Assembly (NCBI GenBank): GCA_963718915.1
Contig: CAVRAI010000015.1
Coordinates: forward strand, 870,001-902,000
Source: an uncultured Chloroflexia bacterium
GTDB taxonomy: Bacteria; Chloroflexota; Ktedonobacteria; Ktedonobacterales; JADMIN01
Direction of reading: 5' to 3'
DNA: 32,000 nt
Shown: one piece after another, positions 20,064 through 28,923 of the stretch
How the letters are laid out: each line of letters opens with the position of its first letter
Position numbering within the stretch: position 1 is the stretch's first letter
Notes under the pieces: generated by a model
The model's database searches: none
What the model was told of the DNA's origin: nothing
What the model saw: the letters and a program-made list of their open reading frames with translations, nothing else
Translations under genes and position numbers: made by a program

Positions 20064-20210
20064 GATTCTCCTTCCAGTGTCCTCCCGGACACGGCGCACT
20101 GCATCGTGCGATCCGCGCCATGGGCCTCACCGTGTGCCCATGCAACGTCAGTTAGAGAGAGCATACTGGAAATGTCACTATAATTGCCAGTAAAATATCT
20201 TTGGGAAGTG

Positions 20211-20226
20211 ATTTATCGTAGTAAAT
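20211..20226. promoter_or_regulatory. LysR-type T-N11-A dyad candidate in the aceA / LysR divergent region
   Basis: ATTTA tcgtag TAAAT dyad in the AT-rich intergenic region, about 35 nt upstream of the LysR start. Confidence 0.3.
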
Positions 20227-20259
20227 ATATTAGCGTCCCTTTATGAGGAGGATTTTGCG

Positions 20260-21192
20260 ATGCTTATCAATCTTCACCAGCTTCAGATTTTTCAGGCGGT
20301 CGCCGTACACCGCAGTTACACACGGGCCGCTGAAGCGCTCTATCTGAGCCAGCCCGCTGTCTCGCTGCAGGTGCGAGCGCTCGAAAAAACGATAGGCCTA
20401 CCCCTCTTCGAGAAGAGCGGGCGCACGCTCCGCCTGACTGATGCCGGACGCGAGCTGCTGACCTACAGTGACCGCATCTTCGCGCTGCTAGATGAGACGA
20501 AGCTTGTGCTGGAGGAGTTGAGCGGCGCCCGGCGCGGGATGGTGAAGGTTGCCGCCAGCACCACTGCGGGCATCTACGTGGTCCCGACGGCGCTGGGCGC
20601 GTTCCACCGCCTCAATCCCGATGTCAAGCTGACACTGGATGTCGTTAACCGCATCACGGTACAGGAGCATCTGCTCAACGACGAGATCGACCTGGCGGTG
20701 ATGGGTCTGATCGAGGACACGCACGAGCTTGAGGTCGAGCGATTCCTCCCGAACGAACTTGTGGTGATCGCGCCGCCCAATCATCGCCTGGCGGGACGCT
20801 CCGACATTCCGCTCGAAGAACTGGTTGAGGAGACATTGCTCCTGCGTGAGGCAGGCTCGGGCACGCGCACCGATATCGAGCGCATGTTCTCTGCGCGCGA
20901 TATTCCGTTGCAGATCGGAATGGAACTGCGCAGCAGCGGCGCGATCAAGCAGGCGGTGGCGGCGGGCCTGGGCGTCTCGGTGATGCCGGAGAGCGCCCTG
21001 GAGCTTGAGCTGAAGGCCGAGCGACTGATTACCCTGGACGTGGAGGGCTTCCCCGTCCATCGCTACTGGTATCTGGTGCGCCGCGCTGGCCGCCATCTCT
21101 CCGCCGCCGCCGATGCGCTCTGGAGCTTCTTCCGCACCTATCGCGACCAGGGCGAGACGCTGATGGTGAACGGCAGGCTAACCAGCCAGTAA
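20260..21192 (+). CDS. LysR-family transcriptional regulator (divergent from aceA-aceB)
   Basis: N-terminal wHTH LHQLQIFQAVAVHRSYTRAAEALYLSQPAVSLQVRALEKTIGLPLFEK. GAGGAGGA lies upstream of the ATG. Confidence 0.9.
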   Translation: MLINLHQLQIFQAVAVHRSYTRAAEALYLSQPAVSLQVRALEKTIGLPLFEKSGRTLRLTDAGRELLTYSDRIFALLDETKLVLEELSGARRGMVKVAASTTAGIYVVPTALGAFHRLNPDVKLTLDVVNRITVQEHLLNDEIDLAVMGLIEDTHELEVERFLPNELVVIAPPNHRLAGRSDIPLEELVEETLLLREAGSGTRTDIERMFSARDIPLQIGMELRSSGAIKQAVAAGLGVSVMPESALELELKAERLITLDVEGFPVHRYWYLVRRAGRHLSAAADALWSFFRTYRDQGETLMVNGRLTSQ

Positions 21193-22113
21193 CCGTTCGA
21201 CCTCGGCCAGGTCGTCAGGTGTGAGTTTCCAGTCTGCCGCGCGCGCATTCGCGGCGACCTGCTCTGGCCGCGTTGTGCCCGCGATAATAGTGCTGACGGC
21301 TGGGCGCGTCGCCAGCCATGCCAGCGCCAGTTCGGCGACGGTGTGGTCGGATTCACGCGCCCAGGCGTCCAGTCGCTCTACAGCCTCCAGCGTGGATTGC
21401 CGCAGCCGTGGCGCGAAGCGGGGGTTCTCGTGGCCGCGCGTGCCTTCGGGCGCAGGCTTGCCGGGCTTATACTTGCCGGTGAGCACGCCCGCGTCCAGCG
21501 GGAAGAAGGGGATGATGCCCAACCCGAACTCCTGGCAGACCGGCATGATCTCGCGCTCAACCTCGCGTTTCAGTAGGTTGTACTCCGGCTGAACTGAGAT
21601 GAAGCGGTTCAGCTGGGCGCGGTCGCTCACCCAGAGCGCCTGCACGATGCGCCAGCCGTCGTAGTTGGAGCAGCCGATGTAGCGCACCTTGCCCGCGCGC
21701 ACCAGGTCGTCGAGCGCGCCAAGCGTCTCTTCGAGTGGCGTCTCAGGATCGAACGCGTGGATCTGGTAGAGGTCAATCGTCTCGATCCGCAGGCGGCGCA
21801 GGCTGGCCTCGCATCCGGCGATGATCCGGCGGCGCGAAGAGCCATGCTCATTCGGCCCGTCGCCCATGCGCATGCCTACCTTGGTAGCGATCACCAGTTC
21901 GTCGCGGTGGCCCTGAATCGCGTCGCCGAGCAGTTCTTCCGAGACGCCGTTGCCATAGGTATCGGCGGTATCAATCATGTTGATGCCGCTCTCGATTGCC
22001 TGGCGTACGATGGCTGTCGTCTGCTGCTGGTCGGCATAGCGACCGAACGTGTTGCCGCCCAGACCAATCACCGAGACGCGCAGTCCGGATGCGCCGAGTT
22101 GCCGGTATTCCAC
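21178..22113 (-). CDS. Aldo/keto reductase
   Basis: MEYRQLGASGLRVSVIGLGGNTFG..., the DTADTYGNG catalytic region and IGCSNY. GTG start at 22113. Its 3' end overlaps the LysR gene 3' end by 15 nt (convergent). Confidence 0.9.
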   Translation of the reverse strand: MEYRQLGASGLRVSVIGLGGNTFGRYADQQQTTAIVRQAIESGINMIDTADTYGNGVSEELLGDAIQGHRDELVIATKVGMRMGDGPNEHGSSRRRIIAGCEASLRRLRIETIDLYQIHAFDPETPLEETLGALDDLVRAGKVRYIGCSNYDGWRIVQALWVSDRAQLNRFISVQPEYNLLKREVEREIMPVCQEFGLGIIPFFPLDAGVLTGKYKPGKPAPEGTRGHENPRFAPRLRQSTLEAVERLDAWARESDHTVAELALAWLATRPAVSTIIAGTTRPEQVAANARAADWKLTPDDLAEVERLLAG

Positions 22114-22149
22114 GAAACTAGTGTCCTTTCGATACGGTGTAATTTTCTA

Positions 22150-22170
22150 TTAGCAAACGGGCGTTGCTAA
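22150..22170. promoter_or_regulatory. Inverted repeat TTAGCAA-N7-TTGCTAA in the divergent AKR / J-domain promoter region
   Basis: Read directly. The outer bases match CIRCE half-site ends (TTAGCA / TGCTAA), but the element is shorter than canonical CIRCE. Confidence 0.3.
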
Positions 22171-22335
22171 CAATGCTTCATCTATTGTAGCGTGCATTGC
22201 AACATCCCAATCGTGATGTAGCGGCTATTTCGTGCTATCGTGAGGCTGATACGTGGGCAGGCTACGTGTAGCCGTTCGTCGTATGCGTATTCGAGATGAG
22301 CGCCTGGCGAACGAGTCGCTGGCAGTGGAGATAAC

Positions 22336-23349
22336 GTGACCGAGACAAAGACCTGGCGTGACAAGCAAGATGATCGAGAACATCATCGGGATGGCGAGGC
22401 CGACTACTACGCCATCCTCGGGGTCGCGCCGGACGCCAGCCACGAGACAATCCACCAGGAGTATCGGCGTCTCGCCAAGCTCTGGCATCCCGACCGCTAC
22501 ACCTACGCGCCAGCCGGGCTGCGCGAGCGCGCCGAACGCCGGATGCGTACGATCTCGCGCGCCTGGACCGAGCTGGGCGACCCCATTCGTCGTCACGCCT
22601 ACGACCGCCGCCGCCACACAGCCCCATGGGCCACCGTTACGCCGGGGCCTGAGATGGGCAAGGAGATGGATAACGGGGCTGGGGTCTTTGCGGGCATGCT
22701 CTGTGTCATCCTGGCGCTGCCGTTTCTGATCAACCTGCTGAGCGGCTCACTGCGCGAGACCTGGCAGGTTGTGCTGATGGCGGCTGTGGTGTTTGGGCTA
22801 GCGGCGCTGGCAGGCTTCTTCTTTACCGGCGATTCGCCGCTGGCGCGCATCGCGACACACTGGGCCGAAGGCGAGCCGCGCGGCTTCTACGAACAGCCAG
22901 TGCGGACTGGCGCTTCGAGCTATGTGTACCATACCCCCGAAAATAGCGATGACGCCGGTACGAGCGAGGATAGCGACGACGATGCTGAGCGCGCGCGGGA
23001 GTTCGACCGGCTGGTCGATCAGGCGCTGGCGACGATCCCCGAAGAGTTCAAGCCTTTCATGAACAATGTGCTGGTGCGGGTCGAGCGTGAGGCGACCGAG
23101 GAGGAGCTGCGGCGCATGGAAGTTGGCCCAGGTGGCATGCTCTTCGGCCTCTATACCGGTGTGCCCCTGACGGCGCAGGGCGCGCAGGCCGTTGGAACCG
23201 AGTTTGTCACGATCTATCGTGGCCCCATCGAGCGATACTGCCACGGCGACCCCAAACGCATTCGTGAGCAGGTGCGGCGCACGGTGCTGCATGAGGTGGC
23301 GCACCACTTTGGCATTGACCACGATCAGATGCCCGACTGGCTCAAATGA
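22336..23349 (+). CDS. J-domain (DnaJ-like) / two-TM / zincin-like metallopeptidase (PF06262-type) fusion protein
   Basis: J domain DYYAILGVAPDASHETIHQEYRRLAKLWHPDRY. Two hydrophobic helices (GVFAGMLCVILALPFLINLL, WQVVLMAAVVFGLAALAGFFF). Acidic linker. C-terminal LFGLYTGVPL...VLHEVAHHFGIDHDQM. GTG 22336 is preceded by GGAG. Confidence 0.8.
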   Translation: MTETKTWRDKQDDREHHRDGEADYYAILGVAPDASHETIHQEYRRLAKLWHPDRYTYAPAGLRERAERRMRTISRAWTELGDPIRRHAYDRRRHTAPWATVTPGPEMGKEMDNGAGVFAGMLCVILALPFLINLLSGSLRETWQVVLMAAVVFGLAALAGFFFTGDSPLARIATHWAEGEPRGFYEQPVRTGASSYVYHTPENSDDAGTSEDSDDDAERAREFDRLVDQALATIPEEFKPFMNNVLVRVEREATEEELRRMEVGPGGMLFGLYTGVPLTAQGAQAVGTEFVTIYRGPIERYCHGDPKRIREQVRRTVLHEVAHHFGIDHDQMPDWLK

Positions 23350-23460
23350 CGGCTTGTGTGACGCGAGCCATTTTCGCATGCCCGCTCATGGGTGTACAAT
23401 ACGGCGGAAATGACGACGCGGCGCGCTCGCTGTACACGCTGAGCCAGGAAGGAGCATCGT

Positions 23461-25881
23461 ATGGGTACGAATCGGCCGGGCGGCGATATGAGCCCAGGGT
23501 CAGACGACGACACCGACCCGGATCTCCGGCGGCGCGCGAACCAGCCATCGCCTATACCCGCGACGCCTGGCGCTATGCGATCCAACATCGGCGACGATAG
23601 CGAAGATAAGACGCGCGACCTGCCTCCAGAGTTGATAGGCGGCCCCATCCCACGAATACCGGCTACTCGCCGTCCCAAATTGATCGCCATCGGCTCTGTA
23701 GTTGCGCTGGCGGTGCTGCTCGTCACCTCGCTTTTTCTGGCGACACGTGGGCGCGGGAGCGGCGTGCTGGGAAACGGGCCAGCCTTCGAGGGCTGTGGCG
23801 ACAATACACCCTGCCAGGTGGCGGATAGCTACCTCGCCGACTATGTCGCGGGCAAAAACGACGCACTCTATAGCCTCGTCTCTCAGCAGACGATCAAGCA
23901 GTTTGACGACCCACGGATTCTTCGTGGCAATTATCAGGATGCGCACGACTATATCACCACACGTACCAGCGATATCCTAGCGCGGGCGCAGATTACGTCT
24001 CTCACCGCCTCGCCCGACATTGCCCAGAAGACCAGCGCGACTACGGCGACTGTGCCCGCGCGCATCGAGTTTCAAAGCTCGCGAGTCGGCTCCTTCGAGC
24101 AGGACATCTCCATCCCGCTCGTCTATGAAAATAGCCACTGGCGTGTCATCTGGACGCCCGGCCTGATCTTCACACAACTCGACGACTCCAGCGATCCCTA
24201 CTACTCGCGCAAGGTAGACCTGGTTGCCCTCGACGGCGCGCGCGGTACGATCTTTGACCGGGATGGCAATGTGCTGGCGAAGGATGACACGGTCTTTGAC
24301 ATCAATCTCACGGCCGCGAAGCTGACCGATAAGACCGGTGAGCTGACCACCCTTGGGAAAGACCTCGACTTCACCCTGGCTCAACTGAACCAGAAAATCT
24401 CCAGCGTGCCTGCCGACCAGTCGGTGACGATACGGACAATCACCGCGCAACTCTACCAGCAGGTGAGCGGCGATCTGGATAAGCTGGCTGGCGTCTCGGC
24501 GGAGAAGACGACTGGCCGTGTCTATCCCTATGGGACGGCGACGGCGCCCGTTACGGGTTATGTGGCTCCGGTGACTGCCGACGATATCAAGAATGACAAA
24601 TCAGGCTACTATGACAATCCACTGGATGTCATTGGCAAGGCGGGCGTTGAACTCTGGGGCGAGCAGTATCTGCGACCACAACATGGCGGGCGGCTCCAGA
24701 TTTTCGAGACCAACGCCGATGGCTCCGATGGCGCGGTCGTCTTTACGATTGCCTCGCGCATCCCCACGAACGGCGACGATATCCACACGACCATCGCACT
24801 CAAGGCGCAGCAGACGGCGATGACGAGCCTCAGCCAGCAGGCGGGCCACAACGGCGGCGCGCTGGCGGTGGATCCGTCGACGGGCGAGGTGCTGGCGATG
24901 GGCACGTACCCGACCTACAATCCGACCGATCTCGCGCTTGGGCTGACCCCGAATGCCTACGCCCGGCTCAACGCGCTCAACGCGCCGTTTCTCAATCGGG
25001 CGATGGCCAGCGCGCAGCCTGTTGGCTCGGTCTTCAAGCTTTTTACACTGGCCGCTGGGCTGCAGAATAACGTAAGCGCAGCGCAGATATTCACCTGCAC
25101 GGGATCCTACCAGGTGCCGGGCGAGGCGAAACCCCGCAAGGATGATCTGCCGCAAGGCCACGGGAAGATTACCGCGCCTTACGCGCTCACGCCGTCGTGC
25201 GATGTGGTCTTCTGGCAGATTGCCGTGATGCTCAACGGCAAAGACCCGACATTGCTGCCGAATATGGCGAAGTCGTTCGGCTTCGGCACCTATACTGATA
25301 TAGTCGGCGTGCCAAGGAGCGACGAGAATCCGGGAATCGTACCTGATCCAGAGTGGATGAAGGCGAACAACCACGGCAACTGGTCGGTGACCGACGCGGC
25401 AAACCTGGGCATTGGACAGGGCTTTTTCCAGGCGACGCCCGCGCAGATTGCGCTTGCCGCCGCGGCTATCGCCGACAATGGCGTGCGCATGCAGCCGCGC
25501 CTGGTATCTTCGGTGGTTGCCAGCACCGGAGCCACGGTCACGTCGTTCGCGCCGACGCAACGGGCGACGCTGCCCCTGAGCGTGGATAACCTGGCGACGA
25601 TTCAGGCGGCGATGCTTGGCCCGCTCTACGATCCGCATGGCACGGCCTATGGCGACTTCAAGGGCGTGCCGGTGCTGGTTGCGGGCAAGACAGGAACGGC
25701 GGAATCCGGGCAGTCGCTCCCGAACGGTTGGTTCGCCTGCTATGCGCCCGCGACGCCCGCCAGCGGCCCGGCGGTCACGCCGAAGATCGCCATTGGCTCG
25801 CTGGTGGAGCGGTCGGACTTTGGCGAGAAGTATGCGCTGCCTGTCAGCAGGGCGATCCTGCGGGCGTATCTGGGCGTGTGA
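23461..25881 (+). CDS. Class B penicillin-binding protein (peptidoglycan D,D-transpeptidase) with NTF2-like N-terminal domain
   Basis: SxxK motif GSVFK, SxD/N motif PSCD, KTG motif AGKTGTAE. Long disordered N-terminus and TM helix LIAIGSVVALAVLLVTSLFLA. GGAAGGAG lies upstream of ATG 23461. Confidence 0.9.
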   Translation: MGTNRPGGDMSPGSDDDTDPDLRRRANQPSPIPATPGAMRSNIGDDSEDKTRDLPPELIGGPIPRIPATRRPKLIAIGSVVALAVLLVTSLFLATRGRGSGVLGNGPAFEGCGDNTPCQVADSYLADYVAGKNDALYSLVSQQTIKQFDDPRILRGNYQDAHDYITTRTSDILARAQITSLTASPDIAQKTSATTATVPARIEFQSSRVGSFEQDISIPLVYENSHWRVIWTPGLIFTQLDDSSDPYYSRKVDLVALDGARGTIFDRDGNVLAKDDTVFDINLTAAKLTDKTGELTTLGKDLDFTLAQLNQKISSVPADQSVTIRTITAQLYQQVSGDLDKLAGVSAEKTTGRVYPYGTATAPVTGYVAPVTADDIKNDKSGYYDNPLDVIGKAGVELWGEQYLRPQHGGRLQIFETNADGSDGAVVFTIASRIPTNGDDIHTTIALKAQQTAMTSLSQQAGHNGGALAVDPSTGEVLAMGTYPTYNPTDLALGLTPNAYARLNALNAPFLNRAMASAQPVGSVFKLFTLAAGLQNNVSAAQIFTCTGSYQVPGEAKPRKDDLPQGHGKITAPYALTPSCDVVFWQIAVMLNGKDPTLLPNMAKSFGFGTYTDIVGVPRSDENPGIVPDPEWMKANNHGNWSVTDAANLGIGQGFFQATPAQIALAAAAIADNGVRMQPRLVSSVVASTGATVTSFAPTQRATLPLSVDNLATIQAAMLGPLYDPHGTAYGDFKGVPVLVAGKTGTAESGQSLPNGWFACYAPATPASGPAVTPKIAIGSLVERSDFGEKYALPVSRAILRAYLGV

Positions 25882-25899
25882 GGAGAATGCAGGCGGTTT

Positions 25900-26066
25900 A
25901 TGAACTTTGAGAAATACCTCCGAACAGCCTGCTGTGGCGAGCCTGCCGTAGCGTAAACGCTACGGCGAATGGACGCGCGTCACGGAACGGGGAAATTCGC
26001 CGGGGGCCTTCAGGCTCCGGCAGGCTCACCCCAGCACTGTGTTCGGAGGTAATTCTTAAACTTCAT
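25900..26066. repeat. 167-bp imperfect palindrome (48-nt arms, about 40/48 complementary) with nested hairpins; MITE-like or structured-RNA-like intergenic element
   Basis: The left arm 25900-25947 is the reverse complement of the right arm 26019-26066 by hand alignment. The core holds GCCGTAGCG-taaa-CGCTACGGC (25945-25966) and GGCGAAT...ATTCGCC. Confidence 0.6.
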
Positions 26067-26107
26067 TACGCTACGGCCTGCTCCTCCGTACGGGGAAGGA
26101 TCACACG

Positions 26108-26618
26108 ATGGGCGAGCGCGCCATGCGGGTTGGCATCGGCTACGATGTGCATGCGTTCGCGCCGCCGGAGGCCGGGCGTCCGCTGATGATCGGCGGCGTA
26201 GCCATCCCACATGACCGGGGGCTGGCTGGCCACTCCGACGCCGATGTCCTGCTGCATGCGGTCGTGGATGCATTGCTGGGCGCGGCGGCGCTCGGCGATA
26301 TTGGTACCTACTTTCCCTTCCAGTGATGCTCGCTGGCAGGGAGCATCCAGCGCCGATTTTTTGGCGCATACGGTCACGCTGCTGGCTGAGGGTGGCTGGC
26401 GCGTTGAAAACGTGGATGCGACGGTGGTGATGGAAGCGCCGCGCCTCGGCCCACACGTGGCTGCGATCCGCGCCGAACTGGCGAAGACACTTCAGCTATC
26501 GGTTGATTGCGTCAGCGTGAAAGGCAAGACGACCGATCGGCTTGGATTCACCGGACGATCTGAGGGCGTGGCATGCTATGCCGTGGCGCTTATCTCGCGC
26601 CCAGCCACGCAAATGTAA
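26108..26618 (+). pseudogene. ispF: 2-C-methyl-D-erythritol 2,4-cyclodiphosphate synthase, interrupted by a +1 frameshift
   Basis: Frame A reads [12 protein letters not shown]...[30 protein letters not shown], then FQ-stop (TGA 26324-26326). Frame B continues [11 protein letters not shown]...VENVDATVVMEAPRLGPH...KGKTTDRLGFTGRSEGVACYAVALI. The junction is in CTTTCCCTTCC (26311-26321). Confidence 0.85.
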
Positions 26619-26632
26619 CGGTGAGGCCGCGC

Positions 26633-27007
26633 TTATCCTTTGCAGCCCAGCCAGTGGCGGCCATAGGCGCGCATGTCTTCGATGAGGACGAAGAGCGCCT
26701 GACCCTTATCGGTCAGCGAATACTCCACTTTTGGTGGCACCTCGGCGTAGGTCTTGCGCTGCAAGATACCTTCGCTCTCCAGCACGGATAGACGCTCGGA
26801 GAGTGTCTTCGGGCTGATGCCGACCAGCGAGCGTTCCAGTTCGCTGAAACGCTTAGTGCCCGTGGTGAGATCCCGGATAATGAGCAACGTCCATTTCCCA
26901 CTGACGATGCTTGCCGTCCGGGCGACGGGGCACACCAGCGAGTCGTCCTGCTCACTCGTGCTGGCGGCAGTCGTGGTGTCGTCTGCCAGCGAGCTTCGCC
27001 GTGCCAT
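26633..27007 (-). CDS. HxlR-family winged-helix transcriptional regulator
   Basis: CPVARTASIVSGKWTLLIIRDLTTGTKRFSELERSLVGISPKTLSERLSVLESEGILQRKTYAEVPPKVEYSLTDKG. GGAGGA lies upstream of ATG 27007. Confidence 0.9.
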   Translation of the reverse strand: MARRSSLADDTTTAASTSEQDDSLVCPVARTASIVSGKWTLLIIRDLTTGTKRFSELERSLVGISPKTLSERLSVLESEGILQRKTYAEVPPKVEYSLTDKGQALFVLIEDMRAYGRHWLGCKG

Positions 27008-27035
27008 GTCTCTTCTCCTCCGTCGCTATCGTAAT

Positions 27036-27065
27036 CTGTGCAGGTCTGTGCAGGTCTATGCAGGC
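27036..27065. repeat. Three tandem 10-bp repeats just upstream of the hxlR-family gene
   Basis: CTGTGCAGGT CTGTGCAGGT CTATGCAGGC, read directly. They lie about 30-60 nt upstream of ATG 27007 on the other strand. Confidence 0.6.
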
Positions 27066-27320
27066 TGCTGCTCGGTGTGCCGCGACGGTTCACGAATCGA
27101 TTCTAATTTCCCGTACTATACAGAATGATACCGCCCATCTGGCGCGCTGTAAAGGCGACATTTCTGCCGAGACAATACCTACCCATGCGTCCAGTGGGCT
27201 GGAATGCCGGAAACCAGCCATGTGGCATTAACGGAAGCCTGTTCGCGATGTGGTGGTAATGTATCACACACATGCATGCTGGGAATAGCTCAGAGCGCGA
27301 TATACCTCCAAATCTTGTGC

Positions 27321-27349
27321 TTGTAGGGCATCTGGCGCCATGTTATGAT
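27321..27349 (+). promoter_or_regulatory. Sigma70-like promoter candidate for the MFS transporter gene
   Basis: TTGTAG (27321-27326), 17 nt, TATGAT (27344-27349), about 100 nt upstream of GTG 27449. Confidence 0.35.
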
Positions 27350-27448
27350 GCGCTGACAGACGGCGCAGTGCCAGCCTTTCGCGGCGCCAGGGGCGTTTGA
27401 ACGGGCGGCTCACGCGGTCACGACACGCCTTATGCAAAGGAGCACGCC

Positions 27449-28894
27449 GTGGGCCAGGTTTCGTCGCAGCCAGCCAGCCAGCCAGCCGTACCCAGCGCGG
27501 TTGCCCGCGCGGGGCGCTATGCCGCCTACATCTTCTGGCTGATGTTCATCATCAACTTCCTCAATTATCTCGACCGCTGGATTTTCACAGGCCTCAGCCC
27601 AATCATTCAGAAAGACCTGCATCTCAGCGATTTCCAGATTGGGTTGCTCAGCAGCGCCTTCCTGCTGGTCTATACCATTGTCGCGCTGCCGCTGGGCTTC
27701 CTGGCCGACCGCATCGCCCGGAAGACGATTGTGTCGCTGGGGGTGGCCGTTTGGAGTGTGGCGACAGCGTTGACAGGGCTAGCAGGCAGCTTCCCAATAC
27801 TGCTCACCGTGCGGACATTCCTCGGTGTTGGCGAGGGCAGCTACTATCCCGCTGGAACGCCGATGTTGGCTGCGTACTATCCGCCTTCGCGCCGCGCGAC
27901 CATTATCGCGCGCTGGAGTGTCGGCGCCCTGATCGGCGCCGCCGCTGGTTTCCTGCTGGCTGGCTTTTTCTCCACGCCAAGCGCCTGGCGGTATGCCTTC
28001 TTTTTCACTGGCATCCCTGGTCTGATCTTCGCGTTTCTTGTTTGGCGTACTCGCGAGAAGACGCGGCATGAGGATGATCCGCCCGCCGAACATCTGGCTG
28101 GCGAGGGGAGTCAGTCGGTTTTCGCGCGTTTCGCCGCCTATCTGCGCATTCCCACAGTGCGCGTCATTATCGCGCTGCATGCGCTCGGTTTTTTCGCGCT
28201 GACAGGTGTCACCACCTATCTCGCCATCTTCCTCAGCGACACCTACGGTCGCAACGGAAGCTTTTATCCTGGCGTTGGCCTCTCAGCCGGGTATGTGCCG
28301 ATTCTGGCAGGCGCGGTCGTTCTCGTAGGAGGTATTCTTGGCAATCTTGCGGGCGGCGCCTGGGCGAACCGCTTGAGCCGTCGTCACGAAGGGGCGCGCG
28401 TGCTAACCGGCGGCCTCGGTTTCCTGCTGGCGGCGCCGTGCGTCATCGTCGCCGTTGGATCGCCGATGGTTCTGCGTCAGATGTCGTTCTTCACCAGTGC
28501 GAGCGTGAGTACGCAGCTCACGATTGGTATCAGTGTCTTCACGGTATCGGCCCTATTGGCAGCGTTCTTTCTCAACATCTACAACGGCCCGGTCAGCGCG
28601 GCGCTGCTGGATGTCGTGCCCGCTGCTGAGCGTGGCGCGGCGGGCGGCACCGAGTTGACGCTGGCCCATCTCTTCGGCGATGTCTATGCGGCGGCGCTCA
28701 TCGGCGCGATTGCCGTGGCGCTCAACCAATCGCTCGGCGGCGAGCAGATTGGGCTGGCGATGCTGCTGACCTGCCCGCTGGTGTTGGTGGCGTCGGGCGT
28801 CGTCGGCATCTGGGGCAGTCGCTTCTATGCCCGCGATGTGGCGGCGATTGGCGGCACGGCATCTGAGATGCTCGGCACGTCCGCGTCGGAGTAG
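27449..28894 (+). CDS. MFS transporter
   Basis: About 12 hydrophobic segments. MFS loop motif ALPLGFLADRIARK and FLGVGEGSYYPAG. GTG 27449 is preceded by AAAGGAG. Confidence 0.9.
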   Translation: MGQVSSQPASQPAVPSAVARAGRYAAYIFWLMFIINFLNYLDRWIFTGLSPIIQKDLHLSDFQIGLLSSAFLLVYTIVALPLGFLADRIARKTIVSLGVAVWSVATALTGLAGSFPILLTVRTFLGVGEGSYYPAGTPMLAAYYPPSRRATIIARWSVGALIGAAAGFLLAGFFSTPSAWRYAFFFTGIPGLIFAFLVWRTREKTRHEDDPPAEHLAGEGSQSVFARFAAYLRIPTVRVIIALHALGFFALTGVTTYLAIFLSDTYGRNGSFYPGVGLSAGYVPILAGAVVLVGGILGNLAGGAWANRLSRRHEGARVLTGGLGFLLAAPCVIVAVGSPMVLRQMSFFTSASVSTQLTIGISVFTVSALLAAFFLNIYNGPVSAALLDVVPAAERGAAGGTELTLAHLFGDVYAAALIGAIAVALNQSLGGEQIGLAMLLTCPLVLVASGVVGIWGSRFYARDVAAIGGTASEMLGTSASE

Positions 28895-28923
28895 TTGGCA
28901 ACGTGTGTTCTGGGATTCGCGGG

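Noticed and set aside
24601-25638. 345-aa ORF on the minus strand
   Set aside because: It is antisense to the PBP transpeptidase domain. It is extremely Arg-rich and is a shadow ORF.
26010-26456. 148-aa minus-strand ORF spanning the repeat element and ispF
   Set aside because: It overlaps the clearly homologous ispF on the opposite strand and the palindromic repeat. It has Arg/Pro-rich junk composition.
27036-27065. Tandem repeats considered as a possible CRISPR-like or minisatellite array
   Set aside because: There are only three 10-bp units, with no spacers and no cas genes. This is far too short for CRISPR, so it is kept only as a candidate regulatory repeat.
27125-27259. 44-codon ORF (MIPPIWRAVK...) in the HxlR/MFS intergenic region
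   Set aside because: It has no SD, atypical codon usage for this GC-rich genome, and no recognisable peptide family.
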